NCBI RefSeq assembly: GCF_006345805.1
Contig: NC_042999.1
Location: forward strand, 15,252,001-15,316,000
Direction: 5' to 3'
Source of the DNA: Octopus sinensis
Taxonomy: Eukaryota
DNA length: 64,000 nucleotides
This document shows positions 24,545-37,810 of the stretch, one piece after another (positions within the stretch are counted from its first letter, which is position 1; every line of letters starts with the position of its first letter). Below the pieces are notes generated by a model. The model ran no database searches. It had not been told where the DNA came from and saw only the letters and a program-made list of their open reading frames with translations. The translations under genes and the position numbers were made by a program.

Positions 24545-24940
24545 TCTTTTATTCTCTTACTTGTTTCAGTCATTTGACTGCAGCCATGCTGGAGCACAGC
24601 CTTAAAAGGTGTTAGTCAAAGAAATTGACTCCAGGACTTATTCTTTGTAAGCCTAGTACTTATCATATTGGGCTCTTTTACCAAACTGTTATGGGGATGT
24701 AGGCACATCTGCATCGGTTGTCAAGTGATGGCAGGGGTACAAACACAGATACATGTACACATGTATAAATACATACATATATATTTGATGGGCTTCTTTC
24801 AGTTTCCATCTACCAAATCTACTCACAAGGCTTTGGTCAGGCTGAGGTTATAGTAGAAGACATTACCCAAGGTACCACACAATGGGACTGAACTCAGAAC
24901 CATGTGGTTGGAAAGGCAAGCTTCTTACCACACAGCCACT
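24545..24940 (-). mobile_element. SINE family C
   Basis: Same layout as 5797-6231, more diverged. Confidence 0.85.
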
Positions 24941-25149
24941 ATTTTATTAAACCAGAAAAATACTTCAAAAACTGTTACTCAGAGTTTCATGAGAACATTT
25001 ATAAGATGCAGCTATCTGACAAGAGGTCACATGAAACTCTGAGTTTGTGAACTTTCTTTTGGCTTTAACAAAATAGTATTTTGCTCTAGTTTTGGTATTT
25101 TAGTACTATTTTTTCCACCTTCTTTTGTACCTATGAACTTACTTGTGCA

Positions 25150-25530
25150 TGTATGTGTGTGTGTGTGCACTTACATGTATACATACATACATACATACAT
25201 ACATACATACACACACATACATACATACACACACATACATACATGCATACATACATTATACATACACACATACATACATACATTATACATACATACATTA
25301 TACATACACATATACATACATACATACATTATACATACACACATACATACATACATACATACATTATACATACACACATACATACATACATACATTATAC
25401 ATACACACATACATACATACATACATTATACATACACACATACATACATACATACATACATACATACATACATACATTATACATACACACATACATACAA
25501 ACATACATACATACATATATACATACATAG
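25150..25530. repeat. (TACA)n/(CATTATACATACA)n compound microsatellite
   Basis: Direct reading. Confidence 0.95.
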
Positions 25531-25542
25531 GGAGAGTTTACG

Positions 25543-25685
25543 AAAAAACAAAAGACGAAGACAGGTGGTGTACAAAACAAACAGATGTATTAGTATAACG
25601 CTCGGGAATAGAAAAAGTCTTTTACGTTTCGAACCTACGCTCTTCTACAGAAAGGGACACAGAAAAACAAGGAGAGAAACAAGGA
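25543..25685 (-). mobile_element. Repeat family F, second copy, with HHR-like motif (25619-25654)
   Basis: Minus strand CTTT-CTGTAGA-A-GAGC-GTAG-GTTC-GAAAC-GTA-AAAG. Confidence 0.65.
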
Positions 25686-26526
25686 GATACATACATACGT
25701 ACATACATACATAAATACATGTGGAAACAGGTGATTGTTGGTAAAAGGAAGAGCACCATCCATAGAAAATCTGCCTTGATATTATCTGTCTGACACATGC
25801 AAGCATGAAAAAATGGACATTGAGGCAATTAGTGTTGAATTAATGTTTTTCTTCTTTCTTCACTCTTTCCTCTCTTTTTTCAGCTCATAATTGTGTATTC
25901 CTCCATTTTGGATTTGTATTTAATAAGATATTTTACAAACTATAAAAAAATTACTAAATTAAAAAAAAAAAGATATTACAATTATGTTGGAAAAAAATCG
26001 CTCTTGAAGACTATTCTGTCCATTCTCATCTGGAATATGTTAAATTAATATTTTTTTAATAAAATGAAAATTTCCAGAGATGCTGGTATCATTAAAAAGA
26101 AAGTTATCCAAGGTTAATTTGTTGGTATGGCTGTTTGGTAAACTATAGACCTGAAAAATTTCATTTTTGTTTTTAAATATTCATTTAACAAATTTGAGAA
26201 ATGAAAAGGTGGAAGAGTAAATGTTTGCAGCACAGTTGTAATATAAACCATCAAAACACATGAAGAAACTAAGTCCACACATGTGAATTATCTGAAACTC
26301 CACTCGTGGCCCCCACCTCCTACAACATTTTCACAAATTTCAATATATTTGTAATCTACACCATCTGAAAAATGTTTGTAGAAAATTCAATAAAAAAATA
26401 TCCATTTTGCAGACAGTTATGAAGAAACAAATTTATATGGAGATGGCATACATGTATAGGTACGCCCATATTTTGTGAGTATTTTTAATGTAGTTATTCT
26501 GGATGAAATATTTTGACAAATTAAAA

Positions 26527-26776
26527 AGTGTAAAAAGATTCGAGCGAGGTCGTTGCCAGTACCGCCTGACTGGCCCTTGTGCCAGTGGCACATAAAAGCA
26601 CCCACTACACTCTCGGAGTGGTTGGCATTAGGAAGGGCATCCAGCTGTAGAAACTCTGCCAAATAAAGATTGGAGCCTGGTGCATCCATCTGGTTCGGCA
26701 GTCCTCAGTCAAATCGCCCAACCCATGCTAGCATGGAAAGCGGACGTTAAACGATGATGATGATGATGATGATGAT
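26527..26776 (+). mobile_element. Retroposon family D, 3' portion
   Basis: GCACCCACTACACTCTCGGAGTGGTTGGCATTAGGAAGGGCATCC...GGACGTTAAACGATGATGAT tail. Confidence 0.85.
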
Positions 26777-27536
26777 GGTGTTGGAGTGAATCTAACGGAT
26801 TTTGTGTTTCTTAAATGGTTTATAAACACCTTCCATGCTGCAATTGTTTTCGTTCCAGCACACGATCTCAGATCAGGTCACTTGCTATGCAAGTACATCT
26901 CCGTAATTCGAAAGTATTATTTTCAAGAAATGATTACCCTGTTCCTTCGGTTTTGTTATATTTAAGATGTTAAACTGCTTTTAAAAAGAAAAGTATGGTA
27001 CATTTTATCTGGATTTTACGATACAGTTGCTGGGATATTTATCATTGCAGTATCTCAGATGTTATATTCACATAGGTGGACATAAAGAAATTATCACAGA
27101 ACACCAACACAATTTATAGTATTGTGTTTTAAATGAAGAGTCTTTCAAGAACGAGTTAGATTGCGTATAAGGCAATTGCTCCGTCTAAAAGGCTCCATAT
27201 AATACTGTAGATTAAATTATTATTTTTCAAAAACCAGCTCTATGTTGCTAGGTTAGTACAGAATCGTCTTTGTAATGCTGGAAAGTTATAATTATTCTGA
27301 TATAATCTAAATTGATTTGCTGCTAATCCGATGTAATCGATACGATTCTGATTAATATTAGATGTGACAGTGGCTGCATAGATGATTGATTTTTCTCTAA
27401 ACAATTGGTATTGACTGGACATTGCATATATGCATACATACATACATTCACACACACGCATATATACAAATTTGTGTATACATACACACACACATATATA
27501 TACATATATATACTTACATATATATATTATATACTT

Positions 27537-27579
<43 letters not shown>

Positions 27580-27592
27580 CTTACATACATGC

Positions 27593-27627
<35 letters not shown>

Positions 27628-27636
27628 TTACATACA

Positions 27637-27676
<40 letters not shown>

Positions 27677-27824
27677 TACAATATATACTTACATACAGAC
27701 ATATATATATATATATGTATGTATATGAATATATCTGCTTACATCTCTTACTCTCTCTCTTTCTATATATGCGTGGTGTATGTCTCCACACACACACATC
27801 TGTAGATTACAGAAAAGAATGGTA

Positions 27825-28140
27825 TTTGCTGTGACTGCAATAACAACCGTGACATACCTCTTTTAGATGTTGCAGGAAAAAAAATCTTCACTCACATCCT
27901 GTTATTGCACCTCCTTGTCTAGAATAGCTTCAAGTGTTCTTCCTGAGTCTCAGACCAGCTTCCGACTTCAGTCTGGCGTAACTGACATAATCTTTGCAGT
28001 TCGGAAACTCTTGAAGAAACTCAGCAGGGAGACCCAAAAATGAGCTCAGTTTTGCCTTCGTCTACTAGTTTAAAGCTTTTTGACTCTGTCAATCACACTA
28101 TCCTGTGGAACATACTCTGGAAGTTCAGGTAGCCCTCTCT
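27825..28140 (+). mobile_element. RTE-clade LINE RT fragment
   Basis: CNNNRDIPLLDVAGKK..., VLPESQ..FR, TDIIFAVRKL, KAFDSVNHTILWNIL; frameshifted. Confidence 0.75.
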
Positions 28141-28389
28141 CCTTAAGATACCCCTTTGATGTTGGTGCATGTGTTAAACAAGAGTGCGTTCCTGCTCTTG
28201 TTCTGTTTGTTAGCCCTCTTGTTACTCTCACACTCCTTTCCAGATGGAACGTGGGTATAAACAATAGGATTCAAGCGAGATCTGGTTGCGATGAAAATCA
28301 TTTCAATCTCTGCAGTTTTCCAGCCTGCTCTAAAATTTTGTGCTTTGCCTGATTCCAGCATTTGTCTACACATACATACATACATACAT

Positions 28390-28660
28390 GCATGATGTTA
28401 ACATTAAGCTGAAGATCAGTGATAAAGAGAACACCTATGCTGAACTATTGAAAAATCTACAGTTACTCTATCCAGATTACAAGTTCAGGTTTATACTTGT
28501 AATTATTGGGTCCCCAGGATATATATCACATTGCCTAAATACCAATCTTGAGAAATTAGGCTTCTCAAAACCAGAAAGGAGAAAGCTAATTCGAAGACTA
28601 CAGATCCAATCTATCATTGGAACTGTAAAAAATCTGTAAAACTCTCCAGAAGTTTATTGT
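28390..28660 (+). mobile_element. C-terminus of an RLE-type (R4/NeSL-like) LINE
   Basis: KENTYAELLKNL...VIIGSPGYI...LEKLGF...LQIQSIIGTVK. Confidence 0.6.
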
Positions 28661-29087
28661 TTAAGTATATGTGAGCATATCTAGATATGCAACTATATGC
28701 ATGAGAATACATATATAAAACATACAAATCTGCACATATACATACATAGATACATACAAACAAAAATACCCTGCTGTTGATGTTGAAATTCCAATGAAGG
28801 AGCCTTGGATCTAAGTTGGAAACCGGCTCTTTCTCTATTGCAAAGAAATCTTGAAATAAAAGTAAACAATGACACACACACAAACATACATGCTTACACA
28901 CACACACACACACACGCTATAAAACAACAGATTGACTCGGCTCTATATTATACTTTCATAGGTAAGAGACACACCTATCTCATTGGATAATTTAGAAACT
29001 CTGAGCTCCTGATGAAATGGATGTGTGCTTCACTCATGAAATTTTTGGTATTATGCTTGGAGTAGACAAGAATATTTCTGCTGGTGT

Positions 29088-29300
29088 AAGGTGGCAAGCT
29101 GACAGAAACGTTAGTACACCAGGCAAAATGCTTAGCAGTATTTCACCCATCGCTAAGTTCTGAGTTCAACTTCCACCAAGGTCGACTTTGCCTTTCATCC
29201 TTTCGATAAATTAAATACCAGTTGCGTACTGGGATTGATCTAATCAACTGCCCCCCCCACCACCTCCCCCAAAATTTCGGGCCTTGTGCCTAGAGTAGAA
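29088..29300 (+). mobile_element. SINE family B variant
   Basis: AAGGTGGCAAGCTGACAGAAACGTTAG...GTCGACTTTGCCTTTCATCC. Confidence 0.8.
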
Positions 29301-30042
29301 AAGAATAGTATTATTATCTTAATACTGCTGTTTGTCCTTATTTATGTGCTGCGAATGCTAATCAACTAATTAATGCATTGCACCATCATTTAATTTTTGT
29401 TAATTATTCCTTATTATTACATTTACTTAAAACTCGGTAAAATAATGATTGAATGCACGGAAATAAAATCTTACGGTAATATCTGTCTCTGCAGTGGTCA
29501 GCTTTGCCTTTTTATCCACTCATGAAAACCAATTATTTCAATTCAGATATTTGCACACTCTGTTATTAACTAAATTATTACATTAATTGTATCATTACTA
29601 TATGTTCCATATATTACCGTATTATAGCATTTAATCAATTTCTGTTGCTGTATTTATTTTTTCCTGATATTTTTCATTATTTATAAACACCATTCTCAAA
29701 ACACTGTAACATCAATGCCATTTACTAATAAGCTCCTCATTAATGGTTTGTGTTCTTGTAGTTAACGATGGAACTAATTAAACGTATTCAAATGCAAACT
29801 ATGTTCATTTACAGTGAAGGAAAATGTCTATACATTCCCTTTTCTGGATGAACCAACCTGAAGAAAGGAATCTTTTATTGTTATATATTAAGGTGGTGGG
29901 GCTTCTATGACACCTATATTTTTTTCCATTCTTCACTCTATCTGTTTTGGGCTGACCAAAGCCTTGTTAATGGATTTGGCAGATGGAAGCTAATATTCAT
30001 TCAATGCTGCTTTCTACACTAATTAATTAATTCTTTTCAGTG

Positions 30043-30508
30043 ACTGGCACCTGTGCCAGTGGAGCGCTAAGAGCACCATCCGAGTGTCATCACTGCCAGA
30101 GCAGCTGATTGGCTTCCGTGCCGGTGGCACGTAAAAAGCACCATTCAAACGTGATTGTTACTAGTGTCACCTTACTGGCAATTGTGCTGGTGGCACGTGA
30201 ATAAACATTTGAGCGAGGTTGTACCCAGTGCCGCTGGACTGGCTCTTCTGCAGGTGGCACGTAAAAAACACCACTTGAGCGTGGCCGTTGCCAGTACCAC
30301 CTGACTGGCCCTTGTGCCGGTGGCATGTAAAAGCACCCACTTTACTCTCAGAGTGGTTGGCGTTAGGAAGGGCATCAAGCTGTAGAAACTCTGCCAGATC
30401 AGATTGGAACCTGGTGCAGCCATCTGGTTCGCCAGTCTCAGTCAAATCGTCCAACCCATGCTAGCATGGAAAATGGATGTTAAACGATGATGATGATGAT
30501 GATGATGA
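30043..30508 (+). mobile_element. Retroposon family D with a 5' array of repeats of about 65 bp
   Basis: Five diverged GTGCCGGTGGCACGTAAAAAGCACC... units, then the family D body and (GAT)n tail. Confidence 0.85.
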
Positions 30509-30978
30509 CTTAACAAAAGTTTTGCATACATCAGCAAAATACCATTTGTAGATTTTATTTACAAGACCTGCCTTAAAAGGTTATGAAAACTGATTTAATG
30601 TTTGTACCCTATGAAGTATAAACTAAATTCTCTATAATATGTAAGAAATATATGTATAAAAAATATAAATAAAATAAAAGTTAAAGGTATAATGCGATAA
30701 AAAAACTTGTGTGTGGACACAATATAGAAAGCAAGGATGCGAGTGAAGATGTATACATTTTTCTAGTGAGGGTGGATGAATGTATGCGTACGTACATGGG
30801 TGTGCGGGCGCACATGTGTAGGTATGAACAGATGCGCTTACGTGAATACTATGAACTTTTTAACCCCTTATCTTAATTAGTGGTCATTCGAATAGCTCTT
30901 TTGTCTAAATAGCGGTCAATAACACAGTAATTTCCCCTTGTATAACAGTAATTTTTCATAGTGTTTTTCTGATGACCG

Positions 30979-31039
30979 GATAACTGAAGAGATGGTGGCA
31001 TGGATTTCCACCTCGGCATCCGAAACTCGGAGTTTTATC
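30979..31039 (+). ncRNA. Type I hammerhead ribozyme candidate
   Basis: GATAA-CTGAAGA-GATGGTGG...CCACC..CATC(C)-GAAAC-T-CGG-AGT-T^TTATC; perfect 5-bp helix I, 3-bp helix III, one extra C at the base of helix II. Confidence 0.7.
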
Positions 31040-31132
31040 TTGGGTACCGAATAATTGTCACATATTACATTTACACACATATATACATATATATATTATA
31101 TATATATATATATATATAATATATATAGATAA

Positions 31133-31166
<34 letters not shown>

Positions 31167-31243
31167 ATATGTATGTATGTATCTTATATGTATGTATGTA
31201 TCTATATATATGTATGTAATCTATATATATATATATGTATGTA

Positions 31244-31274
<31 letters not shown>

Positions 31275-31357
31275 GTATCTATATATATGTATGTATATCT
31301 ATATATATATAATATATATATGTATTAATCTATCTATCTATCTATCTATCTATCCTA

Positions 31358-31429
<72 letters not shown>

Positions 31430-31480
31430 AAGTATTGTAGTTCGCTTGAAGCATTGTGTATTGTTTGTAAAGAATAAAAA

Positions 31481-32089
31481 GTTTTGAATGGTACAATAAT
31501 GCCCTATAATATAGACAATGGACTGTTCACCTGTTGCAATTTAGTCATCCATAGTCTGATATGATATTTCGGAATAAAATTCCTTCTTCAAATATTCTTA
31601 GATGGAGTCGCTGCTATAATCGGTTTTTCAACGGCTTTTCTTTTTTCTTTTTCTCTATTTTTTGGAAACGTCTCAGTAGTGGTCTCACGAAGCTCCTTCT
31701 AGAATTCCTCATGAGAAGTGCATGAAAAGAGAAAAAAAATAGGGGGAATATAAAAGGAAGCTGCATGAATAATGCATAACATAGAAGCAGCGCTACAGAT
31801 GTACCATACCAGCACACATGAGATTGAGACATGGCTGACGTCACGCACTCCTCATGAGGAATTCCGGAAGGATCTTCATGAGACCACTGTTGAGATGGTT
31901 CCAATAAAAAAATAGAGAAAGAGAAAAAGAAAAGCCGTTGGAAAACCAATTATAGTAGCAACTCCATCTGAGAATATCTGAAGAAGGAATATCATTCCCA
32001 AATATCATATCAGACTATGGATGACTAAATCACAACAGGTATATAGCCCATTGTCTGTATTATAATGCATTGTTGTACCATTCAAAACT
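31481..32089. mobile_element. Inverted repeat pair (about 250-bp arms), each arm with a decayed minimal HHR; PLE pLTR-like
   Basis: 31481-31727 is the reverse complement of about 31841-32089; consensus ATAT-CTGAAGA-A-GGAAT-NNN-ATTCC-GAAAT-ATC-ATAT. Confidence 0.7.
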
Positions 32090-33480
32090 TTAGTGTCATT
32101 CCTCTGTTCAAAAAGGGTGACCGCACATCACCTGTCAACTATCGCCCAGTCAGTCTCACTAGCTGTATTGCAAAACTGATGGAATCGTGTGTCAGAGAAA
32201 CACTCTGGAACTTCTGGAGCTCTCACAGTCTCATCTGACCCTCACAATATGGATTTGTCCCTAACTTCAGCTGCAGTGATCAGCTGTCGAGTTTCCTTGA
32301 GGACATTACTCAGATCACTGACAGTGCTCATGTGTGGATGTTGTCTACCTTGACTTTGCTAAGGCTTTCAACTCTGTGCCACACAAAAGGCTTATGGTGA
32401 AACTCTTCTGCAATGGGTGTGAGGGATGACCTTTTTATAACTGGTTGAAATCCTTCATTCTCAGCCGTAAGGAGGTAGTCACAGTTCTAGACAGCATTCT
32501 ACACCATATGAGATGTCATCGGGTGTCCACAGGGTATCTGTCCTTGTCCCCTATTGTTTGTGTGGCATACATTAATGACATAGATGCCAATTTAAAGAAT
32601 GCCACAGTATTGAAATATGCAGACGACATCAAGCTGTACCTTGAAATCAAGAGGACAGATCCTGATGTCTACACTCTTCCTGCAATCAGACCTAGACACA
32701 TGCAGCATGGATCACAGACTGGCAACTGAAACTGGCTGTGGACAAGTGTACCACCATGCATTTTGGGAGAAAAAACCCTGCGTCCACATACTCCGTCCAC
32801 AACACTGATATCAAGAAATCCTCTTGCAAGCGTGACCTAGGCATCACTGTCAGCATTGATTTGCGTTGGACAAAGCATATCTCTAAAATTGTCAAGAAGG
32901 CCGAGGGTGTCTTGGCATCACTCAGCAAGACTTTTGTTAGCTGCTCTCCAGCCATCTATTTAAAACTGTATACAGCTAAGGTACGACCACACTTGGAATT
33001 CGCATCATCAGTTTGGAACCCCTATCTTGCTCAGACATTGACCTCCTGGAATCTGTCCCGAGACGCGCAACCAAACGCATACCCTCCATCAGACACCTAC
33101 CATATTCTGAGCGCCTTGTTTCCCTGGGCATGGATTCAGTGAAGCTCCGGGGGTCTGGCGACAGACTTGGTAACACCCACAAAGTTATCAACCACCTCAC
33201 CAACAACAAAACTGAACACCTTTTTGATCTCCATGTGTCTAACACCGTGGACATGCCTACAAGTCAGAAAACAAACAGCTCCCATGACTTTTGGAACATT
33301 TTTTCACGCTCAGAGTTGCTGAAGCATGGAACAAACTGCCTGCAATCAGTTGTTGACTGCCATGACACTGCATCTTTAAGGCCCTCATGCTTTCCGAAAT
33401 CCGCAGAAACTACACCTGATTATATATACACTTTAGATAGTTGTAGTGCACCTGAGCACTGTACACAATTATTATTATTA
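32090..33480 (+). mobile_element. 5'-truncated CR1-clade LINE (RT pseudogene)
   Basis: KGDRTSPVNYRPVSLTS, QYGF, YINDI..LKYADDIKLY, RDLGITV, VRPHLEFASSVWNPY, RRATKRIPSIRHLPYSERL; frameshifts; (TTA)n tail. Confidence 0.92.
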
Positions 33481-33776
33481 TTAGTATTATAATTTAATTA
33501 TTATATATTATATTATTATTATTCTTATATTATTATTATTATTATTATTATATGCATACATACATACGTATATATATATATATACATATACATACATACA
33601 CACACAAACATATATATATACATTGGACCTCGTGCCGGTGGCACGTAAAAGCACCCACTACACTCTCAGAGTGGTTGGCATTAGGAAGGGCATCCAGCTA
33701 TAGAAACTTTGCCAGATCAGATTGGAGTCTGGTGCAGCCATCTGGTTTGCCAGACCTCAGTCAAATCATATATATA

Positions 33777-34342
33777 TTCGGTTGTCAGGAAAGTTTGTGC
33801 TGATTTTTAAAGGAAAGAAAAAGCTCCATAAATACTTGCCATTACATTTTTAATCAACCAAATATGAACCATTTTGTTGCACAATGCATCTTCATCTTTC
33901 CTTTAACTTGAAAGTACCCTCTTCCCAGAACTGAGGTGGTTTCATGGCAAACAATTCATCAAGGTATCTTTTTATGTTATCCAAGGAATTGAAATTTTTA
34001 CTATTAAGACTATTCTGCAGAGACCTGAATAAGTGGAAATCCAAAGGACCAATATCTAGTGAATATGGAGGGTGGGGTAACACATCACAGCTGAGCTGCA
34101 GCAATTTTTCTCTGGTTCCTAAATCATCAAGTGCCAAAAATGAACTTTCTTATCTTCCATTTTAAAGAGTTACAGAATTAACACAGGTTCTAGGAACATA
34201 AACCTTCTTCCACGAAAAGATAGCTTAAACTGTACTCTAAATGGAGGTGTAGTCAAATCCTATTTTATGGACTCAACCATGTTCTAAAATAAGTCGATAG
34301 GTAAGCTACTATAAATCAGCACTAACTTTCCAGACAACCCAA
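33777..34342 (-). mobile_element. Internally deleted mariner element (566 bp) with both TIRs and TA TSD
   Basis: TA|TTCGGTTGTCAGGAAAGTT...ACTTTCCAGACAACCCAA|TA; HPPYSLDIGPLDFHLFRSLQN transposase C-terminus. Confidence 0.92.
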
Positions 34343-34360
34343 TACAATACATATATACGT

Positions 34361-34457
<97 letters not shown>

Positions 34458-34535
34458 TAAGGGTAGAAATTGATATTTATCAATTAAGACCAGTGGTCTA
34501 GCATATTAAAAAAGAATCCGAAGATTAAAATATTT

Positions 34536-34686
34536 ATATATACCAATTAAGACTGAACACGAAAAGTGGACAGTCAACATGCTAGATATAGACGTCAAAT
34601 CTTTTGTGGTGAATGGCGATTTGACGTCTATATCTAGCATGTTGACTGTCCACTTTTCGTGTTCAGTCCTTAATTGGTATATATAT
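34536..34686. repeat. Near-perfect hairpin (about 65-bp arms, 16-nt loop) inside (TA)n
   Basis: TACCAATTAAGACTGAACACG...CGTCAAATC / GATTTGACG...CAGTCCTTAATTGGTA, differing by one indel. Confidence 0.92.
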
Positions 34687-34696
34687 ATATATATAT

Positions 34697-34728
<32 letters not shown>

Positions 34729-34754
34729 ACACATACATGTATAAATACACATAC

Positions 34755-34786
<32 letters not shown>

Positions 34787-35318
34787 TTGTGTGTATGTAT
34801 GTTCATAAATACATGTATACATGTATGTAAATACATTTAAATTTATGTGCTTGTGTGTGTGTGTAATTTTATATGTGTATACATCTCCTTATCTTGACAC
34901 TATGTGATGATAGTTATGCATGTTACTATCATACAAGTTGTGACATTAATTTTCGAACTTCTGTGCAAACATGTCCTGTCATAGAGGAAACATTCTCTTG
35001 CTTGGAAACAGGTGAGTGTTGGTGACAGGAAGGGCATCCAACCATAGAATATCTGCCTCAGTGCAAACATTGAAAAACAGAAACTGAAAATGATATTTTT
35101 GCTGTAGTAGAGGATTACATACTGCATAAAATCATACCTTTCACCTGTTTATTTTTTTATCTGTTAGGCATATGGAAATCTATGCAATTTCTGATGGAAT
35201 AGAAGCTTTCCTTGCTTTCATATACACATAAACATACAAATTCATACACACATTTATACATGTAAAAACATACACACATGTATACACACATACATATAAG
35301 TCCATACACTCAAATACT

Positions 35319-35319
<1 letters not shown>

Positions 35320-35352
<33 letters not shown>

Positions 35353-35624
35353 TATATAAATTTTATATATATATATATATATACATATATTTATGCATAC
35401 ATATATAATATATAAATATGTATGTATATATATATATATATATATACATACACATACATATATATATATATATATATTATATATCTATACATATATATAT
35501 ATATGGTATATATATAATATACAATATATTATGTATATATATACATGCTATACACATGTATGTATGTTTAATATGTATATATATGCTACATGTATATATA
35601 TGAATATATATAATATGCTATATA

Positions 35625-35668
<44 letters not shown>

Positions 35669-35778
35669 ATATATACATACATATATATATATATATGGTG
35701 GTATTAAGTTAGACATGGCCTGGCCAATAATGGCCGAAACCTATCAAAGTATCAAAGTATATACTACATATATATATA

Positions 35779-35817
<39 letters not shown>

Positions 35818-35829
35818 ATATGCTATATG

Positions 35830-35869
<40 letters not shown>

Positions 35870-35881
35870 ATATGCTATATG

Positions 35882-35936
<55 letters not shown>

Positions 35937-35960
35937 TATATATATATAATATGCTATATG

Positions 35961-35998
<38 letters not shown>

Positions 35999-36040
35999 AT
36001 ATATATTATATTATAATATATATATATAATATGCTATATG

Positions 36041-36075
<35 letters not shown>
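35320..36075. repeat. Long compound (TA)n microsatellite with recurring AATATGCT interruptions
   Basis: Direct reading. Confidence 0.9.
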
Positions 36076-36078
<3 letters not shown>

Positions 36079-36744
36079 GTATATCAGGAGTGACTCCTAA
36101 TGTATAAGAGCAGCTGCGTCTCATAAAAATAAAAGATCCATATTAAAATCCGTTCTGTTATTTGCATTGGTTTATATATTTTTGGCCTGTATTGTATTCT
36201 TTGCATTTGAACAGGAAATGTCACTATGCCACACATTCCATCATATATATATATCTCTTGCTATGCTTATTTTTATTGCAAGTTCTGTATTTTTTAATAT
36301 TTATTTTTCCATCTTTAGTTTTATCATATATATACATATATATATTTCTGTATTTTTTATTTCTTTTTCCATCTTTAGTTTTATCATATATATATATATA
36401 TATATATATATTTCTGTTCTTTTTATTTTCACTATATTATATTTACATTTTGCGTATATTAAAAAAAAAAATAGCATCTTCTCATCTGCATTTGCATGCT
36501 ATACCTCAATATCAAGTGAAATAACCTGTATCCAACTTCTCATATATCTTGCTAAACATAACAGAACTATGTCACTGAAGATCTTAGCTTATACCTGTTG
36601 GGTTTTTTCAGCTTGCACTAACATTTATGAATATCAATCATTTTAAACTCACTGAACTTGTGCTTTCACTCGTTGTGGTCCTAAACCTCGAGACCCTTTA
36701 AGATGTGAAGCCAACAGTTATTTCAACTGGTCTTTCTGCTTATT

Positions 36745-37432
36745 AGATATATTCTGACTTTTACTTGTTTCAGTTATAGGACTGGCCATTCTGGGGCATT
36801 GCCTTGAAGAAAGAATGAGATTGCGTAAATCAACCCCAGTGCATGTCGGGTATTATTTTTTCTTTTTCTTTTTCTTTTTGATCAATTGCTACATGATGGG
36901 GACGTAAACAAACCAACATCTGTTGTCAAGCAGTGAGAGGTGGTGATTTTGGTCCACCTGGAGACATAGTAGAAAACATTTGCTCAAGGTGCCACACAGT
37001 GGGACTGAACCCAGAACCATAGGATTGGGAAGAAAACTTCTTACCACACAGCCACAACTGTATGCATGTAATAGTTTCTAATTCAGGCACAAAGCCAGCA
37101 ATATACAATACACTGGAATTAATAATGTACATGAAACAGAAGTACAAGCTACCAAACGCACATATGCATGCACACACATTTGCATACACATCTGCACACA
37201 TACATGGACACATATACTCTTTTGCTTGTTTCAGTCATTTGACTGTGGCCATGCTGGATCACCATCTTTAGTTGAATAAATTGACCCCAGGACTTATTCT
37301 TTGTAAGCTTAGTACTTATTCTATCGGTCTCTTTTTGCCAAACCGATAAGTGATGGGGACGTAAACACACCAACATCAGTTGTCAAGCAACGGTGGGGAG
37401 ACAAACACTGACACAAATAACAAACGCATACA

Positions 37433-37481
<49 letters not shown>

Positions 37482-37810
37482 CAACAGGCTTCTTTCAGTT
37501 TCCGTCTATCAAATCCACTCACATGGCTTTGGTTGTCCCGAGGCTATAGTAGAAGACACTTGCCCAAGGTACCATGCAGCAGGACTGAACCTGGAACCAT
37601 GTGGGTGAGAAGCAAGGTTCTTACTAGACAGCCACTCCTGCACCTATATGTATATATTTGATGAGCTTCCACACTATTTTCATCTACCAAATTCACTCAC
37701 ATGGCATTAGTTGACCTGAGGCTATCGTAGAAGACACTTACCTAAGATGTCACACAGTGGGACTGAATCTGATACAGCATAGATGAAAAGCAAAATTCTT
37801 TAACCACACA
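36745..37810 (-). mobile_element. Cluster of SINE family C copies
   Basis: Repeated TTGTTTCAGTCATTTGACTG tails and GGGACTGAAC heads. Confidence 0.8.

Noticed and set aside
30043-30345. CRISPR-like repeat-spacer appearance of the GTGCCGGTGGCACGTAAAAAGCACC array
   Set aside because: The spacers are homologous to each other, the array recurs as part of a retroposon, the context is eukaryotic and there are no cas genes
35725-35755. GGCC-AATAAT-GGCC-GAAAC-CTATC, a hammerhead-like half
   Set aside because: No CUGANGA upstream; at most a truncated fragment
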